Positions 49,488 to 60,045 of a DNA stretch of 64,000 nt are shown here, in pieces. The notes below the pieces were generated by a model. The model made no database searches, was not told where the DNA came from, and was given only the letters and a program-made list of their open reading frames with translations. The position numbers and the translations under genes are program-made. Every line of letters begins with the position of its first letter. The stretch's first letter is position 1. The stretch is from assembly GCA_040003315.1 (NCBI GenBank), contig JBDUCU010000002.1:5832-69831 (forward strand), given 5' to 3'. Source of the DNA: Burkholderiaceae bacterium (lineage in GTDB: Bacteria; Pseudomonadota; Gammaproteobacteria; Burkholderiales; Burkholderiaceae_F).

Positions 49488-50381
49488 ATGCTGCAACAGG
49501 TGATTGAACAACGCCGCCTCGATCTCGGCGGATTCGAAGTCGGGCGGGTGCTTCCGCATCGCGCGCGGCAAATGGTGGGCCCCTTTATTTTCTTTGATCA
49601 TTTTGGCCCGGCGCGGTTCGAGCGCGGGGTTGCGCGGTCAGTCGATGTTCGCCCGCATCCGCATATTGGCTTGTCGACCGTCACGTATCTGTTCAAGGGC
49701 GAGGTCATGCACCGCGACAGCGTCGGCTCCGAACAAGCAATCCGTCCGGGCGAAGTGAACTGGATGGTGGCGGGTCGTGGCATCACGCATTCCGAGCGCT
49801 TTGAAAAAGGGCGCGCCGAAGGCGGTCCGATGCATGGAATCCAGGCGTGGGTTGCCCTTCCGCGCGAACACGAAGAAACCGCGCCAGGCTTTGCAAACTA
49901 CTCCAGCGACCAGTTGCCGACGCACGAAGAAGGTGGAGTCTGGATGCGATTGATTGCCGGTGAAGTCGACGGATTGCGCGCTGGCGCGAAAACACACTCG
50001 CCGATGTTCTACGCGCACCTGCGGCTCGCTCGCGGCGCGTCGATCTCGCTGCCGAGCCGATACAGCGAACGCGCGGTCTTTGTCGTTTCCGGCACCGTGG
50101 CTGTCGACGAAGATCAATCTATCGGCGGTCAGATGATGGTGTTTGCTCCGCGCAGCGACGCAGTCGTTTTCGCCCAGTCCGACGCGGTGTTGATGATGCT
50201 CGGCGGCGAGCCGGTCGGCGAGCGGTTCATCGAATGGAACTTTGTGTCGTCGTCGCGGCAGCGAATCGAACAAGCCAAGGAGGATTGGCGCGCAGGCCGG
50301 ATGAAGCTCCCCGACCTTGACCACGACGAGTTCATTCCGTTGCCGCCTGATCCGCCCGCGGCTGCCGGTCCGATGTCCTGA
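49488..50381 (+). CDS. Pirin family protein
   Basis: GPFIFFDHFGP, RPHPHIGLSTVTYL and two cupin halves (297 aa). Confidence 0.9.
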   Translation: MLQQVIEQRRLDLGGFEVGRVLPHRARQMVGPFIFFDHFGPARFERGVARSVDVRPHPHIGLSTVTYLFKGEVMHRDSVGSEQAIRPGEVNWMVAGRGITHSERFEKGRAEGGPMHGIQAWVALPREHEETAPGFANYSSDQLPTHEEGGVWMRLIAGEVDGLRAGAKTHSPMFYAHLRLARGASISLPSRYSERAVFVVSGTVAVDEDQSIGGQMMVFAPRSDAVVFAQSDAVLMMLGGEPVGERFIEWNFVSSSRQRIEQAKEDWRAGRMKLPDLDHDEFIPLPPDPPAAAGPMS

Positions 50382-50400
50382 CAGCGAAGCGACAATCCAG

Positions 50401-50778
50401 CTACAGACTCTGCACGATCGCCAAGATGTTGCCCTCGGTGTCCTTGAACCAGGCCGCCTTCGCGCCGCCCGCAATCGTTGCCCCGCTCGAGCTCTTTTCG
50501 CCAGGCATGTCGTAGTCCTCGAATTTCACGCCGCGTGCCTTGAGCTCGGTGATCTCGCGGTCCGCGTCCTTGACCTGCCAGAAAGCCTGGCTCGCCTTTG
50601 AAGTGCCGGCGTTTGGAGTTGGATAGAGAAAGCACGCGGTGCCGCCGGCGAACTCGTAGGTCACTCCTCCTGCCTCTTCCGATTTGGGTTTGAACCCCAG
50701 TGTGCCTTCATAGAACTGCCTTGCGCGAGACACATCTTTGGCCGGGATATAGGCGTAAAAAGGGTTTGCTTGCAGCAT
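50401..50778 (-). CDS. VOC/glyoxalase-family protein
   Basis: Start at ATG 50778 (MLQANPFYAYIPAKDVSRARQFYEGTLGF). Single VOC module, ending ...FKDTEGNILAIVQ. Confidence 0.75.
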   Translation of the reverse strand: MLQANPFYAYIPAKDVSRARQFYEGTLGFKPKSEEAGGVTYEFAGGTACFLYPTPNAGTSKASQAFWQVKDADREITELKARGVKFEDYDMPGEKSSSGATIAGGAKAAWFKDTEGNILAIVQSL

Positions 50779-50901
50779 GGCGTTCTCCTCAGCAGTCGTG
50801 CACGTTCGGGGCAACCAGCGGACCTGTCAGCGTCGGCGATGTAGGATTTGCACCTCCGCACGCGGAATAAGAACGCTCGTAACTTACAGGCAGGAGTGAA
50901 T

Positions 50902-51675
50902 ATGTTGAGACATCTATGGCTCGCCGCGCTTTCGCTGTCGACGGTTACAGGAGTGTTCGCGCAGGATCTGCCTGCCTCGCGACTAGACGCCGTGCAGAAG
51001 CAGGGCAAGCTTCGGATCTGCACGCCGGGGGACTACAAACCGTTCAGTCTGCTGCGGCCCGACGGGACCTACGAAGGGCTCGATGTCGATCTGGTCAGAT
51101 CAGCTGCGAAAGCCTTGGGAGCCGAAGCGGAATTCGTGAAGTCGGCCTGGCCGACATTAATGAAGGATTTCCAGGAAAAATGTGACGTTGGTGTCGGCGG
51201 TATTTCAGTCACGCTCGACCGCCAAAAAACCGCATTCTTTTCTTCGCCCTATATGGTGAACGGCAAGGCACCGATTACCAAATGCGAGAACGTTCGGAAA
51301 TTTCAAACGGTGGCGGATATCGACAAGCCCAGCGTGACGGTGATCGAAAACCCGGGCGGAAGCAATGAACGATTCGCGCGCGCAAATTTCAAGCAGGCGA
51401 AGATTGTGATCTTCAACGACAACACCACGATCTTCGACGAGATCCTGAAGGGCAACGCCGATGTGATGATCTCCGAATCAGTGGAGACTATCGTTCAGCA
51501 GAAGCTGCGGCCCGGGTTGTGTGCCGTCAACCCGGACAAGCCGCTGCAGTACGGGGAGATGGCATGGCTGCTTCCCAGAGGCGACGCCGCTTTCAAGGCG
51601 TGGTTCGACCAGTGGCTCCATCTTGCAAAGGCAAGCGGCGAATACGACAAGATCGTGGCTCGTTGGCTTCAGTAG
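50902..51675 (+). CDS. Periplasmic family-3 solute-binding fold protein (cyclohexadienyl dehydratase-like)
   Basis: ATG 50902 with SD caggag. Signal MLRHLWLAALSLSTVTGVFA. GKLRICTPGDYKPFS and GGISVTLDR resemble PheC/SBP_bac_3. Confidence 0.72.
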   Translation: MLRHLWLAALSLSTVTGVFAQDLPASRLDAVQKQGKLRICTPGDYKPFSLLRPDGTYEGLDVDLVRSAAKALGAEAEFVKSAWPTLMKDFQEKCDVGVGGISVTLDRQKTAFFSSPYMVNGKAPITKCENVRKFQTVADIDKPSVTVIENPGGSNERFARANFKQAKIVIFNDNTTIFDEILKGNADVMISESVETIVQQKLRPGLCAVNPDKPLQYGEMAWLLPRGDAAFKAWFDQWLHLAKASGEYDKIVARWLQ

Positions 51676-51696
51676 GCAAACGGTCTTCGCGCCGCT

Positions 51697-52665
51697 GTGT
51701 TCCTTGCTCGGCGGCCTGACCCGAGTCGGCGAGATGACGGCTGCGTGAAACCTGCGATCGTTGTGCTGGTCAACGGAGCATCGGGCGTCGGCAGCGATCC
51801 GGATCTGGCTGACAGACTGCATCAGCTCTTTAGCCAAGCTGGCGTCGATGCCAAAATCCATCTCGCGCACGGCGGAGAAATCGAGCATCGAATCGAGCAG
51901 GCTGTTGCCGGGCGGCCTGATGTGATCGTCGCCGGTGGGGGCGACGGCACGGTGAGCGCGGTGGCGGCGGCACTGGCCGGCAGCGAGATCGCGCTCGGCG
52001 TGCTTCCACTGGGAACGCTGAACCACTTCGCCAAGGATCTGGGAATACCGCTCGAACTCGAGGATGCGGTGGCGCAGATCGCAGCCGGCCCTCGTATGCG
52101 CATCGACGTCGGCGAGGTCAACGGTCGTGTCTTCATCAACAACTCGAGCCTTGGCCTGTACCCCGACATCGTGCGCGACCGCGAACAGCAACAAAAGCGG
52201 CTCGGGCGCGGAAAATGGTGGGCGCTCGTTTGGGCGACTCTGGGTGCGCTACGCCGCTATCCGTTCCTCAGCGTTCGCCTGTCGATCGACGGAGTCGAGT
52301 GTCTGCGGAAAACGCCATTTGTCTTCATCGGCAACAACGAATACGTGATGGAGGGCTTCGCGATCGGCGAACGCGCGGGGCTCACCGACGGTTGCCTGAG
52401 CCTGTACGTGGCGCAGAAGCCCGGTCGACTGCGCCTGCTGTTGCTTGCGCTGCGCGCGCTGGTCGGGCGACTGAAGCAGGCGCGCGACTTCGACGTGATG
52501 CATGCGGCCGAGATCGTCGTCGAGAGCCGGCATCACCGCCTGCGCGTTGCAACCGACGGCGAGGTCACAGTCATGACGCCGCCGTTGCACTATCGCATCC
52601 GCGCAGGGAACCTGATCGTGATCGGATCCAACCCAACTCCGGCTGAGCGAGCCCCGAGTAGTTGA
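51697..52665 (+). CDS. Diacylglycerol kinase-family lipid kinase
   Basis: VAGGGDGTVS and LPLGTLNHFAKDLG motifs. The start is uncertain (GTG 51697 or GTG 51745). Confidence 0.8.
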   Translation: MFLARRPDPSRRDDGCVKPAIVVLVNGASGVGSDPDLADRLHQLFSQAGVDAKIHLAHGGEIEHRIEQAVAGRPDVIVAGGGDGTVSAVAAALAGSEIALGVLPLGTLNHFAKDLGIPLELEDAVAQIAAGPRMRIDVGEVNGRVFINNSSLGLYPDIVRDREQQQKRLGRGKWWALVWATLGALRRYPFLSVRLSIDGVECLRKTPFVFIGNNEYVMEGFAIGERAGLTDGCLSLYVAQKPGRLRLLLLALRALVGRLKQARDFDVMHAAEIVVESRHHRLRVATDGEVTVMTPPLHYRIRAGNLIVIGSNPTPAERAPSS

Positions 52666-52947
52666 TCGCGGCCGGGCCGCACTCACGTACGGCCAAACAG
52701 CTGGGAGAAATGATGATCCAGAACGTGCAGTGGGTGATCGATCCGCCTCGAGACGGTAGGCAACCCGCTCGAATGGAAGGTGCTGAGGACCGTCGCCGGC
52801 GTGTTCCGCGATCCACTTTGAGCGTTACATCGGTGCACGCCAGCCGTTAGCGCTCCGACGTGCCCTGTGAATGGACGCGGACGCAAAAGGGATGCCTCGT
52901 AACGCGCGCAACTCCGAGGTTCTGGCTTGTTCACCGGAACCGATGAA

Positions 52948-54342
52948 TCAGATCACCTCGAAGTAGCGCTTCAGTTCCCAATCGGTGACAGCATCCTGCC
53001 ATTGGCGCCATTCCCAATCGCGCGTGGCCGCAAAATGATCGACGAACGTGTCACCGAACCAGTCGCGCGCCCTGTCGCTGCGGCGAAAGATTTCGGTGGT
53101 TTCCTTCAAAGAGCGCGGCGCGCGCGAGATTTTTTCGGCACCTTGATTCGTGCCCGTAATCGGCGGCGCGGTCAGCTTCAGATTTTTCTCGATGCCGTGC
53201 AACCCAGCGGCGAGCAGAGCAGCAACCGCCAGATACGGATTGATGTCGGCGCCCGGGCAGCGTGTCTCGAGCCGAGTGCTCTTTGACGAGCCCGGGATCA
53301 CACGGAAGCTCGCAGTGCGGTTATCGATTCCCCAGGTTGGCTTGACCGGCGCCCAGAAACCATCGACCAGCCGCTTGTAGCTATTCACCGTCGGCCAGAA
53401 CATTGGCGCGAATTCCATCAGAACGGCGATTTGCCCGGCCAGGAAACTCTCGAACACCTTGCTCATTCCGGCGCGCGCCGTTTTCTTGCCGTCATCGAAG
53501 AACAGGTTTTTGTTGCCGTCGCTCATCGATTGATGGACGTGGCCGCTGCAACCCGGGTAGTTCGAACTCCACTTCGCCATGAAGCTGGGGATGATTCCAA
53601 AGTTCGCGCCGAGTTCCTTGGCGCCGCTCTTGAAGAGCACGCCGCGGTCGGCGCACTCCAGCGCGTCTGAAAACTGGATCGCCGCCTCGTAAACGCCCGG
53701 ACCGGTTTCGGTGTGCAGCCCTTCGATCGGCACGCGAAACAGCAGCAACTCGTCCATCAACGCGTTGAAATATTCGCGATTGGCGTTCGATCGGAGCAAC
53801 GAGTATCCGAACATGCCCGGCGTCAAGGGTGTCGGGTCGACGCCTTTCTTCGCGGCCCAGCTTTGAGGCGTCTCGGCGAAATTGAACCACTCGAATTCGA
53901 GTCCGCACATCGGCTGCATGCCGAGCTTGGCGGCGCGCGCGATGATTTTTTTCAACAGCTGACGCGGACACAGTGCGAACGGCGAGCCGTCGGCGTTGAT
54001 GAAATCACCGAGGAAAAACGGCACATGATCGTCCCACGGCACGTTGCGCCCGGTCGCCATGTCGAGCTGCACCATTACATCCGGAAAGCCATGCTGCCAC
54101 CCGATGACCTGGGCGTTGTCGTACACGCTGTCGGTCATGTCCCAGCCAAACACGACGTTGCAAAATCCGAAGCCACCGTCGGTGGCCGACAGAAATTTGT
54201 CCTTGTGCAGATACTTGCCGCGCAGCACGCCATCGATATCGGTGACGGCCACCTTCACCTTCGCCGCGGCGTGCGCCTGCACCGCCTCCAAGTGATCCCG
54301 CTGCTTGTGCGCAGCCGCTATCGGCGCCTTCTTGCCTGCCAT
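52948..54342 (-). CDS. Glutamine synthetase family protein (gamma-glutamyl-amine ligase type)
   Basis: 464 aa. The GS catalytic domain pattern includes KWSSNYPGCSGHVHQS and NRTASFRV, and PGADINPYL. Confidence 0.87.
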   Translation of the reverse strand: MAGKKAPIAAAHKQRDHLEAVQAHAAAKVKVAVTDIDGVLRGKYLHKDKFLSATDGGFGFCNVVFGWDMTDSVYDNAQVIGWQHGFPDVMVQLDMATGRNVPWDDHVPFFLGDFINADGSPFALCPRQLLKKIIARAAKLGMQPMCGLEFEWFNFAETPQSWAAKKGVDPTPLTPGMFGYSLLRSNANREYFNALMDELLLFRVPIEGLHTETGPGVYEAAIQFSDALECADRGVLFKSGAKELGANFGIIPSFMAKWSSNYPGCSGHVHQSMSDGNKNLFFDDGKKTARAGMSKVFESFLAGQIAVLMEFAPMFWPTVNSYKRLVDGFWAPVKPTWGIDNRTASFRVIPGSSKSTRLETRCPGADINPYLAVAALLAAGLHGIEKNLKLTAPPITGTNQGAEKISRAPRSLKETTEIFRRSDRARDWFGDTFVDHFAATRDWEWRQWQDAVTDWELKRYFEVI

Positions 54343-54439
54343 GCGTAGCCTCCGTTTTGCGGCGAGTCTGAATCAGCCCGCGGGAAATGTCCAAGCGTCT
54401 CCCCTACAATCGCGCGTTCCGTGCCGACCCAACAGTGCA

Positions 54440-54901
54440 ATGCCGATTTACGCGTACAAATGCGCAGCGTGTGGACATGAGATTGAATTGATCCAGAAGA
54501 TGTCCGACGCCTTGTTGACTGTCTGCCCAACCTGCGGTGAGCCCTCGCTCGCCAAGCAGGTGACCGCTGCCGGCTTTCACCTCAAAGGGAGCGGCTGGTA
54601 CGTCACGGACTTTCGCGACGGCGCCAAGGGCAAGAAGAAGGATGCGCCCGCACTCGACGAAAAAACGAAGACCGAGCCGGCCTTTGACGCATCGGGCGAT
54701 GGCAAGGCCGCCGAAGCAAAAACCGACGCCAAGACCGACGCGAAAACCGACGCCAAGGCCGCCGATGCGCAAGGCGGTGCAAAGACCGAAACCAAGACCG
54801 AAGCCAAGCCGGAACCGAAGTCGGAATCCGGCAGCCAGCCAGCCTCTGCGCCCGCCCCGCGCGATAGCGGCAAAGGCGGCACCTCAGGCGGCACGGGCTG
54901 A
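54440..54901 (+). CDS. FmdB-family zinc-ribbon protein with low-complexity K/T/D/E/A tail
   Basis: MPIYAYKCAACGHEIE...CPTCGE zinc ribbon; then GSGWYVTDF; then a repetitive tail. Confidence 0.8.
   Translation: MPIYAYKCAACGHEIELIQKMSDALLTVCPTCGEPSLAKQVTAAGFHLKGSGWYVTDFRDGAKGKKKDAPALDEKTKTEPAFDASGDGKAAEAKTDAKTDAKTDAKAADAQGGAKTETKTEAKPEPKSESGSQPASAPAPRDSGKGGTSGGTG
54719..54754 (+). repeat. Three tandem 12-nt units (AAR ACC GAC GCS encoding KTDA) inside the FmdB-like CDS
   Basis: Read directly: aaaaccgacgcc aagaccgacgcg aaaaccgacgcc. Followed by degenerate KTE/KPE units to about 54830. Confidence 0.7.
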
Positions 54902-54907
54902 CGCCAC

Positions 54908-55549
54908 ATGCTCAGGAGATATCTGGTTGCCGGTTTGCTGGTGTGGATTCCGCTGGCGATCACGTTCTGGGTGCTGAACCTAATTGTCGGCACCATGGAT
55001 CAGACTCTGCTGCTGTTGCCGCCGAGCTGGCGACCCGACGCGCTGTTGCCGTTTCACATTCCTGGCGTCGGGCTGGTGCTGTCGCTACTGATCGTGCTGG
55101 CGACAGGGATGCTCGCAGCCAACATCATCGGTCAGAGGCTGCTTCGGTGGTGGCATCGCCTGTTGACACAGATCCCGATCGTGCGATCGATCTATTCCAG
55201 CGTGAAGCAGATTTCTGACACGTTGCTGGCAACTCGCGGTCAATCGTTTCGCAAGGTGGTGATGATCGAGTTCCCGCAACGCGGCCAATGGACACTCGGT
55301 TTTGTCGTTGGCTCGCCCGGAACCAAGATTGCGTCGGTCACCGCAGCCAACGCCATCACGATATACGTACCGACCGCTCCTAACCCAACCTCCGGATATG
55401 TGTTGGTGATACGCCCCGAGGACGTGCGCGAAGTCGACATCAGTGTTGACGATGCCCTGAAGTTTCACATCTCGCTGGGCGTCGTTCCGCCACGTGCCGG
55501 TGGTGGTCCGCCACGATCGGCCCTGACAGCGACTCAACAATCAACTTAA
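54908..55549 (+). CDS. DUF502 domain membrane protein
   Basis: MLRRYLVAGLLVWIPLAITFWVL..., IPIVRSIYSSVKQ and the PTAPNPTSGY motif are typical of DUF502. Confidence 0.8.
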   Translation: MLRRYLVAGLLVWIPLAITFWVLNLIVGTMDQTLLLLPPSWRPDALLPFHIPGVGLVLSLLIVLATGMLAANIIGQRLLRWWHRLLTQIPIVRSIYSSVKQISDTLLATRGQSFRKVVMIEFPQRGQWTLGFVVGSPGTKIASVTAANAITIYVPTAPNPTSGYVLVIRPEDVREVDISVDDALKFHISLGVVPPRAGGGPPRSALTATQQST

Positions 55550-55577
55550 GTTGCCGGCCGCATAGCGGCCGGCTCCC

Positions 55578-57431
55578 ATGAACATGAACATCAAACGAAC
55601 CGAATATGCCGGCCTGGTGGACGCCAGGTTCATCGGCCAAACAGTGACCTTGTTCGGCTGGGTCCACCGGCGGCGCGATCACGGCGGCGTCATTTTCATC
55701 GACCTTCGCGATCGCGAGGGACTGGTCCAGATCGTGTGCGATCCCGATCACGCCGACGTGTTTGCCACTGCCGAGAAAGTGCGCAGCGAATACTGTCTGC
55801 AGATTGTCGGAGTGGTGCGTTGCCGCCCGGAAGGCACAGTGAACTCGGCGCTGGTGTCGGGCGAAATCGAAGTCCTGTGTCGGGAACTCACGATCCTGAA
55901 TCCGTCGGTTCCGATTCCGTTTCAGCTCGATGACGACAACCTGTCGGAAACGACTCGGCTGACGCATCGCGTTCTCGACCTGCGCCGGCCGGCGATGCAG
56001 AAAAACATGATGCTGCGCTATCGCGTCACGATGGCCGTGCGCAAGTTTCTCGACGCCGCGGGCTTCATAGACATCGAGACGCCGATGCTGACCCGAAGTA
56101 CGCCAGAGGGCGCGCGCGATTATCTGGTGCCGTCGAGAGTGCACCCGGGCACATTCTTCGCGCTTCCGCAGTCGCCGCAACTTTTCAAGCAGTTGCTGAT
56201 GGTCGCAGGCTTCGATCGCTACTACCAGATCGTCAAATGCTTTCGCGACGAGGACCTGCGCGCCGACCGGCAGCCCGAGTTCACCCAGATCGATATCGAG
56301 ACATCGTTTCTCGACGAGACGCGAATTCGCCAAATGATGGAGCAGATGATCCGCATCGTGTTCGATCAGGTACTCGCGGTCCAGTTGCCCGACCCATTTC
56401 CGGTGATGACTTACGCCGATGCGATGCGACAGTATGGCTCGGACAAGCCCGACTTGCGGATCAGTCTGCAGTTGACCGACCTGACGGACCTGATGGGCGA
56501 CGTCGAGTTCAAGGTTTTCAAGAGCGCAACAGAGCTCAAGGACGGCAAGGTGGTCGCTTTGCGCATTCCTGGTGGCGGCGACATCGCGCGATCCGAGATC
56601 GATGGGTATACCGATTTTGTCAAGATCTACGGCGCCAAAGGACTGGCGTATATCAAGGTCAACCAGAGCGCGACGGGGCCGGGCGAAAAGTTAAGAGGCG
56701 AAGCGCTGCGTCGGGGCCTGCAAAGCCCGATCATCAAGAACCTGCACGATGCTGCGCTGGAGGCAATCGTCGCTCGCACCGGCGCGAGCGATGGCGATCT
56801 GATCTTCTTTGGTGCCGATCGATCCAAAATCGTCTACGACGCGCTGGGTGCGCTGCGAATCAAGATCGGCCACAGTGAATTCGGCCGAGCACGCGGGCTG
56901 TCAGTTGAAGGCTGGCGGCCCTTATGGGTGGTCGACTTCCCGATGTTCGAGTTCGACGAAGAAGCGCAGCGCTACGTGGCCGCGCATCATCCATTTACCA
57001 GTCCGAAAGATGGACACGAAGATCATCTTGCAACGGATCCGGCGCGCGCTCTGGCGAAGGCGTACGACATGGTGTTAAACGGGTGGGAAATCGGTGGAGG
57101 CTCGATCCGTATCCATCGGGAAGAAGTGCAAAGCAAGGTCTTTCGCGCCTTGAAGATCAGCGCCGAGGAAGCGGGTGAGAAGTTCGGCTTTCTGCTCGAC
57201 GCTCTGCAGTACGGCGCGCCGCCTCACGGCGGCGTCGCGTTCGGCCTCGACCGCATCGTGACTTTAATGGCAGGCGCTGAATCCATCCGCGACGTCATTG
57301 CGTTTCCGAAAACGCAGCGCGCGCAGTGTTTGCTTACGCAGGCTCCGAGCGCGGTCGACGAGAAGCAGCTGCGCGAGCTGCATATTCGAGTGCGAACGGA
57401 TCACAAGAGTGCGGAGCCCAGAGTGGCATAG
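55578..57431 (+). CDS. aspS: Aspartate--tRNA ligase
   Basis: [22 protein letters not shown] (OB domain), class II motifs [18 protein letters not shown] and GGGSIRIH, and a GAD insertion. Confidence 0.95.
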   Translation: MNMNIKRTEYAGLVDARFIGQTVTLFGWVHRRRDHGGVIFIDLRDREGLVQIVCDPDHADVFATAEKVRSEYCLQIVGVVRCRPEGTVNSALVSGEIEVLCRELTILNPSVPIPFQLDDDNLSETTRLTHRVLDLRRPAMQKNMMLRYRVTMAVRKFLDAAGFIDIETPMLTRSTPEGARDYLVPSRVHPGTFFALPQSPQLFKQLLMVAGFDRYYQIVKCFRDEDLRADRQPEFTQIDIETSFLDETRIRQMMEQMIRIVFDQVLAVQLPDPFPVMTYADAMRQYGSDKPDLRISLQLTDLTDLMGDVEFKVFKSATELKDGKVVALRIPGGGDIARSEIDGYTDFVKIYGAKGLAYIKVNQSATGPGEKLRGEALRRGLQSPIIKNLHDAALEAIVARTGASDGDLIFFGADRSKIVYDALGALRIKIGHSEFGRARGLSVEGWRPLWVVDFPMFEFDEEAQRYVAAHHPFTSPKDGHEDHLATDPARALAKAYDMVLNGWEIGGGSIRIHREEVQSKVFRALKISAEEAGEKFGFLLDALQYGAPPHGGVAFGLDRIVTLMAGAESIRDVIAFPKTQRAQCLLTQAPSAVDEKQLRELHIRVRTDHKSAEPRVA

Positions 57432-57449
57432 AGACGGCGGGCCGGACCG

Positions 57450-57893
57450 ATGAAGCTTCCGGAATCGGTTCTGGTGGTGGTCTATACCGTGGCCTTGGAG
57501 GTGTTGCTGCTCGAGCGGGCCGATCATCCGGGTTTCTGGCAGTCGATCACTGGCAGCCGTGATTCGCCTAAAGAGCAGCTGCGAGCAACGTGCGTGCGCG
57601 AAGTCGCCGAAGAAACCGGGCTTATCGCGTCACCCGATCAACTTGATGACTGGCACCTTAACCATCGCTTTGCCATCTACGAGAACTGGCGTCATCGATA
57701 TGCATCAGGCGTTACCCATAATACCGAGCACGTCTTCGGACTCTGCTTGCAGCATCGATTCGAGCCGCACCTTGCTCCGCGCGAACACACGCGCTATCGC
57801 TGGGGCGCGTGGCGAGATGCTGCAGACGCCTGTTTCTCGTGGACCAACGCCGAGGCAATTCGCCGGCTGGAGCGGTTTCAAACCCGCTGCTAA
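57450..57893 (+). CDS. nudB: Nudix hydrolase, dihydroneopterin triphosphate diphosphatase-like
   Basis: Nudix box GSRDSPKEQLRATCVREVAEETGL. 147 aa, immediately downstream of aspS. Confidence 0.78.
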   Translation: MKLPESVLVVVYTVALEVLLLERADHPGFWQSITGSRDSPKEQLRATCVREVAEETGLIASPDQLDDWHLNHRFAIYENWRHRYASGVTHNTEHVFGLCLQHRFEPHLAPREHTRYRWGAWRDAADACFSWTNAEAIRRLERFQTRC

Positions 57894-58509
57894 GCGCCTG
57901 GGCGCGCTGACTCTGTGGCTTTCCCTATTGCTGGGTTTTTGCATCGACGCCCAGGCGCAGACTTTGCCAACCGTTTCTGTCGAACGCGATGGCGACATGT
58001 TTCATGTCCGTGCCCTTGCCCGTGTCGCGGTTGATCCGCGTGTTGCGTGGGATACCATCACCGACTATGAGCACATGCGTGAATTCGTACCGAACATCGA
58101 TCGATCGCGAGTCGTCTCGCGCAACGGTTCGCGCATCATCGTCGAGCATACCGGTCAGTTTCCGTTGTTCCTTTTCGATATTCCGGTTCGGGTGCGGCTG
58201 GTCATAACGCAACAGCCGTATGAACGTATCGTCGCGCGCTCGGAGGTCGGAGAAGTCGACGGCGAGCCGCAGACACTGCGCTCGTTTCTGGGCAGCTACG
58301 ACCTCACGGTGGTCACCGTCGAGCGGCGTGCCGGCGTGCGAATTGATTACGAGTCGCAGTTCGAACTCGCCGAGCCGTTGCCGCCTATTGTCGGTGATCT
58401 GTTTGGCACGGCAATGGTTACTAAGACCGTGCGGCACCAGTTCGAAGCGATGCTGCGCGAGATGATGAGACGACAAGCGGCGCGTGCGTCTATCGAGAAA
58501 TCGCAATGA
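57817..58509 (+). CDS. SRPBCC (START/polyketide cyclase-like) family protein, probably exported
   Basis: Hydrophobic LGALTLWLSLLLGFCIDAQA, then the SRPBCC core VDPRVAWDTITDYEHMREFVPNI. The start is uncertain: ATG 57817 overlaps nudB by 77 nt, and no canonical start lies after the nudB stop. Confidence 0.6.
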   Translation: MLQTPVSRGPTPRQFAGWSGFKPAAKRLGALTLWLSLLLGFCIDAQAQTLPTVSVERDGDMFHVRALARVAVDPRVAWDTITDYEHMREFVPNIDRSRVVSRNGSRIIVEHTGQFPLFLFDIPVRVRLVITQQPYERIVARSEVGEVDGEPQTLRSFLGSYDLTVVTVERRAGVRIDYESQFELAEPLPPIVGDLFGTAMVTKTVRHQFEAMLREMMRRQAARASIEKSQ

Positions 58510-60011
58510 GCGCTGCACGACGGCACGCACTTCGGTTCGCCGCAGACTCCGGGTGGTGCCCGGCGCGAGTCTGTGTGCTGGCGATCTTGCTGTTGACCGG
58601 GGCGGGTTGCGCGAGCCTCGACCCGTACGCAGTTGCGCCGATGTCGGTAACGCTCGAGCGCGACGACGCGGTCGGCTATTGCGCGCGCTTGTTCGCCGAT
58701 ATCGACCGTCGCATCGATGCATTGGGCGTGCGGGACGCCGAATCAGCCCGCATCGCCGGATTTCCGTACTTGCGGGTCGATCGGTTCAGCGCGGCTCTAG
58801 CCCGCCGTTCAGGCGATGACTTGCAAGAGTCGGCATGGCGCGCGCGGTTGCTGGCACTCGATGAGGCGGCACGCAAAACCGAGCTTGCCAATGCGGACCT
58901 GAGCATCGACGATCTGCAGCGGTGCCGCGCGATGCTGGCCGAGGCCGATGCATCCGCATCGGGGCAGCTGCACGCCGCAGCCACCGTACCGGATAATTAC
59001 AGTTTGACAATGCGAACGCTCGGCGTGTACCCGCTGGCACGCGTGCCATTTGCCGCAGGCGTGACGCGCTGGCAGACAGCGACGCGGTCGGTGTTTGCAA
59101 CACCGCTTGACGCGCTGCCGGTGCGCGGAGCGGTGCGACGATACGTGCCCGAGCAGCGACCGCTCGAAACGCAGCCGCGATTGGTGCTCGATCCGCTGGG
59201 TGTGCCTGTGCTGACGGCCGCGCAGACCGAGGCTCTGTTGATGCGCCACGCGCCCGTGTTGGAAGTCGATGTCGCCGCGAGCTACGACGAACCGGGGACG
59301 TTGATACTGGACAGCGAGGATCGAGCCGTTGTGGAGGGCGCCTCACCGGTGGCATACACGCGCTTCACCTACACCACGATCGGAGCAGTGATTCATCCGC
59401 AATTGGTATACACATTCTGGTTCAGCGAGCGCCCCGCGTCGGGCGAACTCGATTTGCTGTCCGGCAGACTCGATGGCCTGGTGTGGCGAGTAACCCTTGA
59501 CGCCGATGGTGAGCCGCTGGTCTATGACAGCATGCATGCCTGCGGCTGTTACCACATGTTTTTTCCGACCGATAAGGTGGTCGCACGCGATTTGCCTGTA
59601 ACCCTAGATGAAAGTCTCTTTGTGCCTCAGGCAGTGCGCGGTCCGCGTGGTGGCGAGCGGGTTACCCTGCGGGTCGAGTCTGGCACGCACTATCTGCAGC
59701 GCGTGCAGGTGATGCAGACGACGGCATCGCCTGCACCGCCGCGCAAGACGGACGCGATCACCTACTCGATGCAGGACGAACGGATTCTGACAACGCTTCG
59801 GCGACCGACGGGCGGAACCCGTAGTGCATATGGTTCAGACGGTTTGATGGCCGGCAGCGAGCGCAGCGAGCGGTGGCTGTTCTGGCCAATGGGAATCGTT
59901 TCGGCTGGACAGATGAGGCAATGGGGCCATCACGCGACAGCGTTTGTCGGGCGCAGGCATTTTGACGATCCTTTCCTCTTCGACACCTATTTTGAGATGG
60001 CAGGTCACTAG
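58506..60011 (+). CDS. Conserved-looking lipoprotein of unknown function (501 aa)
   Basis: ATGA overlap with the upstream gene. Lipobox LLLTGAGC. I recognise no catalytic motif. Cys/His patch MHACGCYHMFFP. Confidence 0.62.
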   Translation: MSAARRHALRFAADSGWCPARVCVLAILLLTGAGCASLDPYAVAPMSVTLERDDAVGYCARLFADIDRRIDALGVRDAESARIAGFPYLRVDRFSAALARRSGDDLQESAWRARLLALDEAARKTELANADLSIDDLQRCRAMLAEADASASGQLHAAATVPDNYSLTMRTLGVYPLARVPFAAGVTRWQTATRSVFATPLDALPVRGAVRRYVPEQRPLETQPRLVLDPLGVPVLTAAQTEALLMRHAPVLEVDVAASYDEPGTLILDSEDRAVVEGASPVAYTRFTYTTIGAVIHPQLVYTFWFSERPASGELDLLSGRLDGLVWRVTLDADGEPLVYDSMHACGCYHMFFPTDKVVARDLPVTLDESLFVPQAVRGPRGGERVTLRVESGTHYLQRVQVMQTTASPAPPRKTDAITYSMQDERILTTLRRPTGGTRSAYGSDGLMAGSERSERWLFWPMGIVSAGQMRQWGHHATAFVGRRHFDDPFLFDTYFEMAGH

Positions 60012-60045
60012 CGATTCGGTGCTGGCCATCAATTCGACAACGACG

